In this document: one piece after another, positions 13,101 through 24,907 of the stretch
How the letters are laid out: each line of letters opens with the position of its first letter
How positions within the stretch are numbered: position 1 is the stretch's first letter
Source of the DNA: Balanoglossus misakiensis
Lineage: Eukaryota > Animalia > Hemichordata
Length of the DNA stretch: 64,000 bases
Direction: 5' to 3'
Assembly (NCBI GenBank): GCA_040954595.2
Contig: CM082577.2
Span: 17,830,303 to 17,894,302 of the forward strand
Notes under the pieces: generated by a model
The model's input: the letters and a program-made list of their open reading frames with translations, nothing else
Databases searched by the model: none
Told to the model about the DNA's origin: nothing
Position numbers and translations under genes: made by a program

Positions 13101-16100
13101 TGGTTGATTTTAGCCATCAGTTATAGCAGTTTTAACTATGAAATATGACTATACCACCCGTTTAAAAAAATGAATATTTAAATGTGACCATGTGTTTAAA
13201 TGAACTTTTTTGAGATAATTTACATGCAAATTACAATTGTACAGAAAGCCATGCACAGAGTAGAAAGAGTGTCTGACTCTTCTGTGTACAGTGAAAGTAT
13301 TGCGAAGTCCGAGTAATTTCCTTTAGAATATCTGGCCTTGACTGTTAGGGATGGTCTCTAACTTTCAGATTTGTTCAAATCATGGTGACATATATTTTGG
13401 GGGACAATTTTGCCATTTTTCCTTCTGTCCGTGCATCCATCACCAGCGATGTCTCCGGCATTTGTTCAGTGATTTTTGAACAACTGCCTAAGTATGGAAC
13501 CCACTGTGACTGGTCCCTGAATGCACACCAATTGATGCTTTTATACAAAACAATCCAATTTGGCCACGAAAGAGTGGCAAAGATTAACTCTTTTGGATGC
13601 ATATCTGAATCTGAATCCAAAATTACCCTTGATGGCAGGCGTTCAGACTTTGTTCTCACAATTCAAATCCAAAATTACCGTTGAATCATTCCATTGGCAA
13701 CTTGCCTCGTCAGAGGGCACGGTCTATGACATGTGCCTCTTCAGAGATGCAGCAAACAAAATTGGGGTCCTGTACAGACCTGATATACTGTAAAACACTT
13801 TATTTTCGCGAGCAATACATTTTCGCGAAATACGCGAGAGCCAAAATAGCGTGAAAATAAAAAGTCGCGTAAATATTTTTTGGAGATAACGATGCAGTGA
13901 ATGAAATAAGAGAAAGCGAAAATTAATACTCGCGAAACAGTGGCCTCTCTCGATATCGCGAAAATTTTAACTCGCGAAAATAAAGTGTTTTACAGTAACC
14001 CTGTGGTACAAGTCTGTTGGCAAAGACGTCACATTACTGTGACAGTGGCTGATGTTTAGGTCTGTGGCCACTGATGTGATGATATAGCTATAGTGTATTC
14101 AGCAGTGTGCCCTCTAAGCCCATATGACGCGCCACAGACTCAAGAAACTCACTGATGACTCAAGAAAACTTTTGAAAATTATTAGCTCTGCTGTCACTTG
14201 TGTCAGCCGAGCTGTAGCAGTAGGTTGATAAGTGTCCGTCCGTCGTCCGTCAACTTTTGGTATTTCAATCTTCTTCTTTAAAGGGACAAAGTCTCTCTCG
14301 CTGGCCTTTTCCCATTAATTATGTTTGATAGAAGACGCCGTTTATGTTATTCTACATGTGGATATATGGTGAATCAACATTCGGCCACACACAACTTCCA
14401 TCTCGTTTGTAGGATATGAGAATAAAAAGTTGCCCAAAATGAATAAATGGTAAAGAACAATTATTCATTTTGGCAAGTTCTTTCACTCTCCTGTCTATAA
14501 GAGGGATGGAAGTTGTGTGTGGTTGAACATTCATTCACTATATATCCACATGTAGAATAACAAACGTTGTCTCTTATCAAATATAATTAATGGAAAAAAG
14601 GGCAGCGAGAGAGAGACTTTGTCCCTTTAAAACAACTTGGCATATTTAGCTGAAATTTGGTTGGAATGTGTGTTATGGTGCCCTTAGCTGATTTTGTTAA
14701 TTTGGATTTGATGGGGTCATGAATATGCAAATTAGATCTAAAAATAGAAGTTTTGGTAAAAATCTTCTTCTCCACAACTACATGTACAATGGAGCTGAAA
14801 TTTGGTAGGAATGTGTGTTATGGTGCCCGTACCTGATTTTGTAAATTTGGATTTGATGGGGTCATGAATATGCAAATTAGATCTAAAAATAGAATTGTTG
14901 GTAAAAATTCTTCTCCCTAACTACATGTACGATGGAGCTGAAAATTGGTAGCAATGTGTGTTATGGTGTCCCTACCTGATTTTGTTGATTCGGATTTGAT
15001 TGGGTCATGAATATGCAAATTAGATCTAAAAATAGAATTTTTGGTCAAACATTTTCTTCTCCCTAACTACATGTACAATGGAGCTGAAATTTGGTAGCAA
15101 TGTGTGTTATGGTGTCCCTACCTGATTTTGTTGATTCGGATTTGATTGGGTCATGAATATGCAAATTAGATCTAAAAATAGAATTTTTGGTCAAAAATCT
15201 TCTTCTCCATAACTACATGTACGATGGAGCTGAAATTTGGTAGGAATGTGTGTTATGGTGCCCGTACCTGATTTTGTAAATTTGGATTTGATGGGGTCAT
15301 GAATATGCAAATTAGATCTAAAAATAGAATTGTTGGTAAAAATTCTTCTCCCTAACTACATGTACGATGGAGCTGAAAATTGGTAGCAATGTGTGTTATG
15401 GTGTCCCTACCTGATTTTGTTGATTCGGATTTGATTGGGTCATGAATATGCAAATTAGATCTAAAAATAGAATTTTTGGTCAAACATTTTCTTCTCCCTA
15501 ACTACATGTACAATGGAGCTGAAATTTGGTAGCAATGTGTGTTATGGTGTCCCTACCTGATTTTGTTGATTCGGATTTGATTGGGTCATGAATATGCAAA
15601 TTAGATCTAAAAATAGAATTTTTGGTCAAAAATCTTCTTCTCCATAACTACATGTACGATGGAGCTGAAATTTGGTAGGAATGTGTGTTATGGAGTCCCT
15701 ACCTGATTTTGTTAATTTGGATATGATTGGGTCATGAATATGCAAATTAGATCTAAAAATAGAATTGTTGGTAAAAATTCTTCTCCCTAACTACATGTAC
15801 GATGGAGCTGAAAATTGGTAGCAATGTGTGTTATGGTGTCCCTACCTGATTTTGTTGATTCGGATTTGATTGGGTCATGAATATGCAAATTAGATCTAAA
15901 AATAGAATTTTTGGTCAAAAATCTTCTTCTCCATAACTACATGTACGATGGAGCTGAAATTTGGTAGGAATGTGTGTTATGGTGCCCGTACCTGATTTTG
16001 TAAATTTGGATTTGATGGGGTCATGAATATGCAAATTAGATCTAAAAATAGAATTGTTGGTAAAAATTCTTCTCCCTAACTACATGTACGATGGAGCTGA

Positions 16101-19100
16101 AAATTGGTAGCAATGTGTGTTATGGTGTCCCTACCTGATTTTGTTGATTCGGATTAGATTGGGTCATGAATATGCAAATTAGATCTAAAAATAGAATTTT
16201 TGGTCAAAAATCTTCTTCTCCATAACTACATGTACGATGGAGCTGAAATTTGGTAGGAATGTGTGTTATGGTGTCCCTACCTGATTTTGTAAATTTGGAT
16301 TTGAGGGGGTCATGAATATGCAAATTAGAACCTTGGTGCTTCCTTTTGATGTTGTTCTTTAGGATTCAATTCTTTCTTTCTTTAGCACAATGAATCAAGC
16401 TGAATTTGGATAAATACTTGTGATGTCTATGTTTGGTTTTGTTCAATAGGATACAATTGTTATGAATTAAAACCTAGGGTATTCATATCATTGCCCAGGT
16501 TACACTGTTAAAGTCAGCAGAGCTCTTTTGACCGACAGGTCACTTGTGTTTGTTAGACTCCCATACTGGTATTCAGTACTGTTTTAGACAGTGATGTGAC
16601 AGGACCTGTATTGGTATTGGACTACATATCACATGAAATAAATCGCCTTTATCTCATGGTTATCATTGGAATTATATTTTGTCATTACAGATGCTCCATG
16701 GTGTGGTCATTGCAAAGCCCTTGCCCCAGAATATGCACTAGCAGCAAAGAGACTGCAAGAGGAAGAGTCTGCAATCAAACTGGGCAAGGTTGATGCTACA
16801 CAGGAATCTGATCTAGCTCAGAAGTATGGTGTGAGAGGATATCCAACATTGAAGTTCTTTAAGAATGGCAAAGATTCAGAATATGGAGGTAGGTTGTGCA
16901 ATGAGACATTTTTACTTTAGTCCTTCCTTGAAAGATGGCATTAAATAATAATCGATATGATTGAACAAGATCATCAATGCTCTCTGGAATTTGTAATACC
17001 ATCAAGGAATGGCGAGTTTTGTTATCAGAGGAGGAAATGTTTTGTACCTGCGTATGGTGGCTATGAACTAGCACTGTTCAGGAAGTATTAGTTACAATTA
17101 CATTTTTCCAATGCATACTAGGAGTTGTGACTGTTTATATCTGTTTTATTTTTTTTATGTATTGGTTTAGCCAATAATCTGAATTTCATAATGCAAATCG
17201 TATCATGTTTTTGACGCAATTTAGGTGGTAGACAAGCTGATGGCATTGTAACTTGGTTGTACAAGAAGACTGGTCCTCCAGCCAAGACCTTGGAGACAGA
17301 AGAAGAGACTGACAAGCAGGTGGAGAACAATGAAGTCTATGTGATTGGTTTCTTTAAAAATGCTGAAAGTGATGAAGCAAAGGCTTACATGGAAGCTGCC
17401 GGTGATATGGATGACATCAGTTTTGGAATCACATCCAAGGATGATCTCTTCAAAAAATATGACATCAAGAGTGATGCTGCAATTGTGCTCTTGAAAAAGG
17501 TACTAGTGCTTAAATTAATTAACCCTGAGTGCCAGAAAAACATGGCTTTATACCCCGAGTGTCGTAATAAACATCATAAACTAACTGGGTTTCTCTGGTA
17601 TATATGATTACATAGGTAATGGTTGTTAATGGGTTAAATGCAACGTGACTTTAATATAGAAAACAACAAATTTTTGATTTAACCATCCCCATTAGGATGC
17701 TTTATTTCTGTGGGGAGTTTAACAGAATGTGCCCAATGTAGGGCAAAATTCACCTACATCAAAATGTCCCATTTGGTCAGAATCAGTGTGAAACGTCAAC
17801 ACTTGAACCTGAACGACAAATATTGTGAATGGCTTTTTCAGCACATGCAAAATTCTATTGTTCTCTGTGCCAGATGTATGATACGTATTTGGATATATAT
17901 TGAAAGGCAGAACACTTAATGTTAAGGAAGTGACTTAACAAAACAGAAACTTTCTCCTAACCCATGTTATTTGTTTAAAACGGCATAACAATTTCTGTTG
18001 AACAGCCCCATTGATTTTTCCTTTATCTTTTATTCTGTGAAAAGAAAATTCCAAACCGACTGATGTTTTTCTTTCAGTTTGATGAAGGTCGTAATGATTT
18101 TGATGGTGAATACAAGGCGGAACAGATAACAGACTTTGTCAAATCCAACAGCTTGCCATTGGTTATTGAATTCTCAGAATCGGTTAGTATACACTCTATA
18201 TACTTCGTAGAAGAGTAAATTGGATTTTCATGTATTAGAAAGTATTGCAAAGATGTCGGTAAATAACATTGCCAATATTTGTGAAAAAAACCTGAATGGT
18301 TTGAATGGTCATGGAAATAAGTACCCGTAGATGCAGTACATGCTTGGTATATTATATGAACAATTAAGTATGTTTTTTGGGGGGAGGAGAGGGGGGGGGG
18401 ATACTGTTACGTGTTACTTTGATTCCTGAGACTCAAATGTGACTATTTATAATAATATATACTAGTTCTCAACTTGAAAATTGGGGGAAAATTCACCTAA
18501 ATTCTGTTGCCAGAAGTATTCACAAATTGTGTAATATCTTGGTTTAATGCTGAACCTAGTTGGTGATGTGGACTACTACTAGATAAATTGCACATTTTGT
18601 GCAACTCCTTTCACACAAGTCATTCCCAACAATGAAAAAATAAGAGATGGATGTAAATCATGTTCATTATCATAGCCCACGGTCGGTCATGAGTTTATTA
18701 CTTGCAGGAGTTTGAATTTCCTCACCTACATTTTAATTTTTTTCTGACAGACTGCACAGAAAATCTTTGGTGGTGACATCAAGAAACATAATCTTTTGTT
18801 TGTGGACAAGGAAAGTGATGCATTTAAAGCAATTAATGAAGGATTTAATGAAGCTGCCAAATCGTTCAAAGGACAGGTAAGTTTTATGTTATATTTAGTA
18901 CCTCTGTTTTGAAAGTTGGAAACCATCAAAGATTGCTGTAACATTTTAGCCCTAGCTCTTGAAGAATTGTAAGTGCTATTTCAAATATGACCCTTGTAGT
19001 TTTGTTTTTTTTCCCCAATGAAGATTAGAAATCATTGTCATTAACTTCAGTTCAGCCATTTCAATTTTAACCTCTGAAAGTACAAAGCACAAACTGTAAA

Positions 19101-22100
19101 AAGTGACATCTCTTTTGTCAATCTACTTCTGTCAACAAATGTTTCTGTCCAAATTCATGGCATTGCATGGGGGGGGGGATTGCTTGGTTTTGTTAATGGC
19201 AGGAGAATACCAGGGCATGTTGAAATGTTATCATGGAATTGGTGTGAAATGTTAAAAGGAAGAAAGGGATTATAGATGTAAATGAACTGACAGACATCAA
19301 GGCATAAATAGACCCCATTATTGTTGGTCTGCCTGTACCTGTTAGTCTGTCATTCAATCTACAAGAAATAGTCTGACACATGGATAAACCTTCATACAAG
19401 ATTTGCATGACTTTCTGAGAGCATAATAATATAGCTAAAATTTACCAATCTTACAGAAGTCCAAACGAAATTCAGGCCTGAAAGGGTTAATGGAAAGGAA
19501 TCTCTCACTATTTACTGGATCTTTACCCACCCAAGTGTAACTTAAAGCCACAGTATTTCTCGTAGGGGCAAAATTTTGTTTGAAACGGCATCTATAATTT
19601 CTAAAAGTAGATGATAATTGATACTGAATCGAACAGTCATCATCCCCAGCTCTGCTGATAAACTCATACAATTTACAATATAACGAGTGAAGAATGACTT
19701 TCTGTCCGGACAGAAAGTCACGTGAGTCAGGCTAATGTTGACACACGTGACTAGTGCGCATGCGCACTCAAATGTGAATCTATGCGGAAGAGGTTTGGTC
19801 GCCCCAAATCAAGCCACTCAGCGAAGAAATGCGCACTAATTCGGCGAAATTTTGGGAAGATAACTTTATGGGAGAAATCAGTCGATGGAACCAGATCAAA
19901 TCCGAAAATGGTCTGACCATCAAAATGTCAAAGTGGCACGTTTGCTGATCGACATGTACAACATTTCCGTTGTAAACAAACCCGCGCATCATTTCAAGTG
20001 TTACGGGCGATATTTTCGGCTTGCATGTAGCTACAATTGCCCAAACCTTTCTTACATCTTCATTATATAGTATTCCATGATGGATGTACTGGAAAAACGG
20101 GCTTTTTTCGATGATGAAAAATGGATGCACACGAGAAATACTGGGGCTTTAAGTGGCATTATATTAACATGGTTTTGGTCAACAGTGAATAAGATTGGTG
20201 TCGGTAACTGGTAAATTAAAAATGTACCTGAAAAGTTGCTCCATGCGTTGAGGTACAAGAGGGAGTACTTCTATGCTCAGATGTCACAAAATATCATAGA
20301 AATTTCAGTAAAAATATGCCCCAAACTTGTACAGAGGCTCGAGGAAAGCCAAAAATTCATTGGCTTTCCCCTCGCCCTCGCCCATAAACAAATGTTAATG
20401 GTCAGCAGGGCGTCGTCCATTATTTCTATATTATTTTCTCCTAGGTTCTCTTTGTGCTCATTGATTCAAGCAGTGAGGACAATGCTCGTATCTTGGAGTT
20501 CTTTGGGCTGAAAAAAGAACAAACTCCTGCAGTACGTCTTATCAATTTGGATGCTGATATGACCAAGTTCAAGCCTGAGGAGGAGGAAATAACAGCTGAA
20601 AGTCAAGTTAAATTTGTCAAGGCAGTTCTTGATGGAAAACTCAAGGTAAATATAGACTCATTTAAGTTGGAATCTGTTCAATTGCATGAAGGTTTGGTGT
20701 GGTTCCTTATTTATATACATGTAAACCACTTTATCAATGTATTTACACTTGATTTTGAATTTTGAAACATTTTGGCATACATTTCACTGTTAAGAAATTC
20801 CAAGGTTGCATATAGTTTTGAAAAGTATTTTTGAAATTGATGCAATACCATGGAAAGGAATAAGGTGTTGTTTTATTACTCCCATTTGATCTGCATACCA
20901 TTAGGAGATAATGGCTTCTGAGAGCTAATTGAGCACCAATAAATGCGCAAAAACTGGGAGTGACATAGTCTAGGTTCTTGTGGTGTTATCAGCTGAAGGG
21001 GCAAGACATGCTGTGGCAGCATGTGTATAATGTTCATGCAAAGGTGATTTACAATGTAGTTATGACAACAGATATCTGGGTAAAAGGTTACAATTTCATT
21101 GTCACCCTTTTACTTGTATATGTCCAGTTCTGATCAAGTAGGAATAGTGGCTTTGACACACATTTAAATAATTCTCATCTTTTTTATTTTGACAGCCACA
21201 CTTGATGTCTCAAGATCTTCCTGAAGATTGGGATAAAGAGAATGTCAAGGTTCTTGTTGGAAAAAACTTCGCAGAGGTAGCCCTTGATAAGACCAAAAAT
21301 GTTCTTGTAGAATTTTGTAAGTAACATATTTTCATGTTCAGTCATTTTATTTCACATCTGCTGCACTAAATGTGTATAATAGTTTTTTTGAGCACAATGC
21401 TGTAATGTTTGGTAGATGTATTTGGATTTGTATATTTTTGTAACATTTCAGTTCCTATTGGCTATATTAGTGAGATTTTTCTATTCTAGACGCTCCATGG
21501 TGTGGACATTGCAAACAGCTGGCTCCAATTTATGATGAACTTGGTGAAAAATTTAGGGACCAAGAAGATGTTGTTATTGCCAAGATGGATTCTACTGCAA
21601 ATGAAGTAGAGAATGTCAAAGTTCATAGCTTCCCAACAATCAAATTCTTCCCTAAAGATAGTGATGAGGTATGTCTATTCACAAATTGTGCCAGCTAGTT
21701 CCATGCAAAGTAAGAGATGAGTCTATCCTTGCTGATTAAAGATGAAACTCTTGCAACAGATGATTCATAGGCCAGAACAAATGTTGTCATTACTTCATTG
21801 TGATCCCTCTCCTGAAAGTCTTCTTCCACTCAAGGGACTGTGTTCATTCAAGTGTTAGAGAACACGTTACTCCTGACCCAGTGACTGCAAATCCTTGGCT
21901 TCACTGAGCAAGTTTCAGCTAATTGAGCTTAAATAGTGCTGCTTGTCTACTTTAGTTTTATCATTGTGGTGTGCAGATCTGTGCAGTGTCATTTTCATGG
22001 AAGATGTTTTTTAAAGAAACATTTATTGTTATGAAATTCATGATTACGTTGGTTTTTCCAGGTTATTGATTATAATGGTGAACGTACACTAGAAGGTTTT

Positions 22101-22536
22101 GTTAAATTCCTTGAAAGTGGTGGAAAGGAAGGTGCTGGCCCATCAGATGAAGTAAGTTCATATTCAGTGCAGCTGGGTTCAAATTCATGACTCAATTTGC
22201 TAACTTTGGTTTCCAAGCCTCTTCATACAGGGGAAGAGGAACATTGTTTTGAAGTTGTTTGAAATGGTGATCGCAATGTCTGAATGATTACTTTTAAATT
22301 TATCACTTTGGGTTTATATTTTTGGACATCTCTACATATGGGGGGAGAGACTGGCTCTGTATAGGTGATTTGCACCTGTTCCAGTCATCCTATCCTAAGG
22401 AGACATGCTTTGTGTTTGCTGCAGGTGAATAAAATAAATAAAATGAAACTCTTTGTTTTGTTATCAGGATTTAGATGAAATGGAAGAAGATATAGAAGAG
22501 GAAGAGGAAGAAGTAGCGGCAAAGGATGAATTGTAA
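10195..22536 (+). CDS. P4HB: Protein disulfide-isomerase (PDIA1 / prolyl 4-hydroxylase beta), 504 aa
   Basis: Exons 10195-10345, 16691-16888, 17225-17499, 18078-18182, 18751-18876, 20445-20645, 21196-21316, 21490-21668, 22062-22151 and 22468-22536 (1515 nt, all GT-AG, in frame). Signal peptide, two [12 protein letters not shown] active sites, b/b' domains, acidic tail and C-terminal KDEL. Confidence 0.97.
10554..11732. mobile_element. Mutator/Foldback-like element with ~310-bp TIRs in PDI intron 1
   Basis: 10558-10868 is the near-perfect reverse complement of 11419-11728; 9-bp TSD TAATTTAAT (10545-10553, 11733-11741); TIRs contain repeated palindromes CTATTGACACGCGCGTGTCAATAG. Confidence 0.9.
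13788..13995. mobile_element. Tc1/mariner-like MITE
   Basis: 25-bp TIR CTGTAAAACACTTTATTTTCGCGAG, TA flanks, repeated TCGCGAAA motifs. Confidence 0.88.
14282..14626. mobile_element. Fully palindromic Kolobok-like MITE nested in element D
   Basis: AGGGACAAAGTCTCTCTC...GAGAGAGACTTTGTCCCT with TTAA on both sides; the arms pair over nearly the whole 345 bp. Confidence 0.85.
14631..16329 (+). repeat. Tandem array, about 12 x 143-146 bp
   Basis: The marker GAATATGCAAATTAG starts at 14721, 14866, 15009, 15155, 15301, 15444, 15590, 15736, 15879, 16025, 16168 and 16314. Confidence 0.95.
19546..20148 (+). mobile_element. Family A Kolobok-like element, copy 2 (PDI intron 5)
   Basis: Same TIRs and TTAA flanks; I saw only two substitutions relative to copy 1. 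Confidence 0.92.
20336..20430 (-). mobile_element. Fragment of the family F head abutting the PDI exon-6 acceptor
   Basis: Reverse complement of 28622-28740 with the hairpin loop deleted. Confidence 0.8.
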
Positions 22537-24213
22537 TTCTACCACTCTTAGTCTGTTTTTAATTTCTGAGCATTTCATAGAAGACACATTTAGCTCCTGT
22601 ATGTTCAACTCTCTTATAAAATATGTTTTAATGAAGAAGTACACCCATTTTAATAAATTGTTCATTATTAGGGAAAAAATAGTCAAATGCTGCAACAGCA
22701 ACCACTCCAAATTGTATCCTAAAAAAGAGGATTGTAGATATGCTGGGACTCTCACTTTCAACAAGTGAAAATGATTTGTACAAGTTTTTTTGACATGGAG
22801 GCAAATTTCAGGAATATTAGAGAGATTAAGATGCATGTCTGGTGAACAGATTCAGCAAGTTTCTCCATACACTTATGTTTTCGCGAACACAGTTTCTAAG
22901 AACTGGTTCGAGTTTGATTTGATACACTTTCGGGCAACAAAGGTTCCTTGAACAAAGCAGATGACCTTCAGCAGCTGTATGGTAGATACCATGTACACAC
23001 CTCTAAGAAGAAAAAAACAGGTTGATCACAACAATGTTGACAGTGCCAGAATTGAAGATTGACAGCAAATGTAAAAACAAACCACCTTTCATTCCAAGTT
23101 GTTTGTAAGTGACAACAAAATTGTGCACTTGTATGCCAGTAAACTGAAATCTGCACAAAATAGAATGCAGACAAATGTGGTGAGCCACAATGAATTATGT
23201 TCCCACTCTAGGCAATTTTGAGTTCTGTATTACTTAACATGTTGGTATATTGGTGTTTGTAATAAGATTGTTACAATAATTTTGTTTTCAAATTTATATG
23301 CTTGGGTACGCCTCTTGAATATTTGTGTCCACTGTTAGAGGTTGTGTGTGAAAATACATTGTAAATTGAGAGATCCAGCGTAAGACAATCACTTGAAATA
23401 TTTTATAGTTGTCCATTTTTATTTAAACAAAAAAATTGATGAAAAAGCAAGAATATCAGAATAGTTGTCAGTGTGCAGAAATATTTAATTTAACGTGTGT
23501 AGCCCCATCTCTTATGAGGAACATTTTCAACAGAATCCATATGCAGTTTTGTATGTGAAGAGTATGCCACATGAAGTTGGAATTGTCATACTTTACAACC
23601 GGTTGTATATTTTTGAACATTTTTCATCCATTCAGAAGGTAGATTTAAGTACACAGAGTTCAATTCATTTTCATTCTGTAAAGGAATGTTTTTGACTCTG
23701 AGATATTATTCATAGTACTTATCAATGTTTGATACAAAGAATTCACTACCCCCATAAATTGCATTAATATTGTACAACTTTGTACCAGAAACGCTGACAG
23801 AAAAGGCACTCTCATGACGTTTGTGTACTTTTAGGTATTTGACAGGGCACGGGACTTGTCTTCATATTTGAAATCCTGTTTTGCTTCAGTTGATCTAATA
23901 CCAAGGCCATTTTTTGCATACTTAGACTTCTTACCAAAAATTAAATGTCTGACTATGTTGTGAATGTTGGCAGCCGCAAGAAAATCATGCTTTTTGTAGT
24001 GCATTGACCATGCAAATTCCATTTAGGGTGTTGGGTTTTTGAAAATACCCCTCCCCCCCAAAAAAAAAAAAAAAAACACCCAACAACTTCCATTTCCTAT
24101 CAGAACTTTCATCACTTTACACTTGTGTATTGTTTTCAGTCAATATTGTAACATCAACATGGAAATATTTTCTTCAAATATTGATTTGGATGGAAAATGA
24201 TGAAACAATTTAA

Positions 24214-24219
24214 AATAAA
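24214..24219 (+). terminator. Candidate PDI polyadenylation signal
   Basis: AATAAA followed by a T-rich tract, about 1.7 kb after the stop and about 0.6 kb before the TXNDC11 5' region. An earlier AATAAA near 22652 is an alternative. Confidence 0.4.
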
Positions 24220-24729
24220 AATACACAAACTGTAATTTCTTTTGGCTGATTTCTTTTAAGTCCTGTGAGCTATAATGGTCCAGGAGACTTCTTCAATCAT
24301 TCCAAGTGCCAGTTTCTGTATATGTTGCGGCAGTATCTCAAAAATGATCCAAAAGCTTTTCTTTGAAGGAAGTCAGTGTGGGCAAAAAAAATGGCTGTTG
24401 GCATGTCTTTTTGCTCTCCAAGTCCACACATTACGTTTACTGAGGGTCAACCACTAATTATATTCAATTAAAATAATGGTGGCGCTCCTTTGCTGTGCTC
24501 CGCAACTCCCTCAAATATCGATCACTCTCTATATTATATTCGCCCCGCTGTGGTGTGGATACGCAAAGAGGTTAGAACACGTATTGCCTGGCCATATTGT
24601 TATGATTGATAGTTTATTTGTATTTTTCTTCCCACACGGTCGTACATGTACAGTACCATGATTCTTTATTGAATAGGCAAGTCATAAACACGAACAATAC
24701 GGGCAACGGCCTGTGTAGTGGCCATACAG

Positions 24730-24842
24730 ATCGACGCCAGAGATCCGACGCCAGAGACGGACTTCCGCGCAAATAGCGCCCTCAAGTGATGACCTGGTAG
24801 TTGAAATATCATAACCCTACGTGGCTGTTCAGAAATGGCGGA
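24730..24842 (+). promoter_or_regulatory. TXNDC11 promoter region
   Basis: CpG-rich patch; CGACGCCAGAGA direct repeat; ETS-like ACTTCCG; CTCF-like TAGCGCCCTCAAGTGA; reverse ERSE-like CGTGG-N9-AATGG at 24820-24838, overlapping YY1-like AAATGGCGG. Confidence 0.5.
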
Positions 24843-24907
24843 AAGTGAACACATGTGCCTATGCAATAATACGGGTCGAACATGACAACACTAACAGTTT
24901 TTAGAGT

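Larger units (their letters stand above)
14182..16547 (+). mobile_element. Helentron/DINE-1-like non-autonomous element D with an internal tandem array
   Basis: 5' subTIR AGCTCTGCTG with a nearby inverted copy, (GTCC)-type microsatellite, 3' subTIR GTCAGCAGAGCT (16513-16524) and terminal hairpin TGACC-gaca-GGTCA (16529-16542). Confidence 0.75.

Noticed and set aside
13375-13793. Overlapping 77-100-aa ORFs in PDI intron 1
   Set aside because: No motifs or splice context; probably decayed repeat sequence.
22325-22408. Intronic hairpin (GACTGG/CCAGTC, AGGTG/CACCT) ending in ACA, a possible H/ACA snoRNA or pre-miRNA
   Set aside because: The stems are short and there is no clear first hairpin or H box; it would need Infernal or small-RNA data.
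22411-22430. AG|GT juxtaposition resembling a recursive splice site
   Set aside because: The intron is only about 315 nt, so a chance match is likely.
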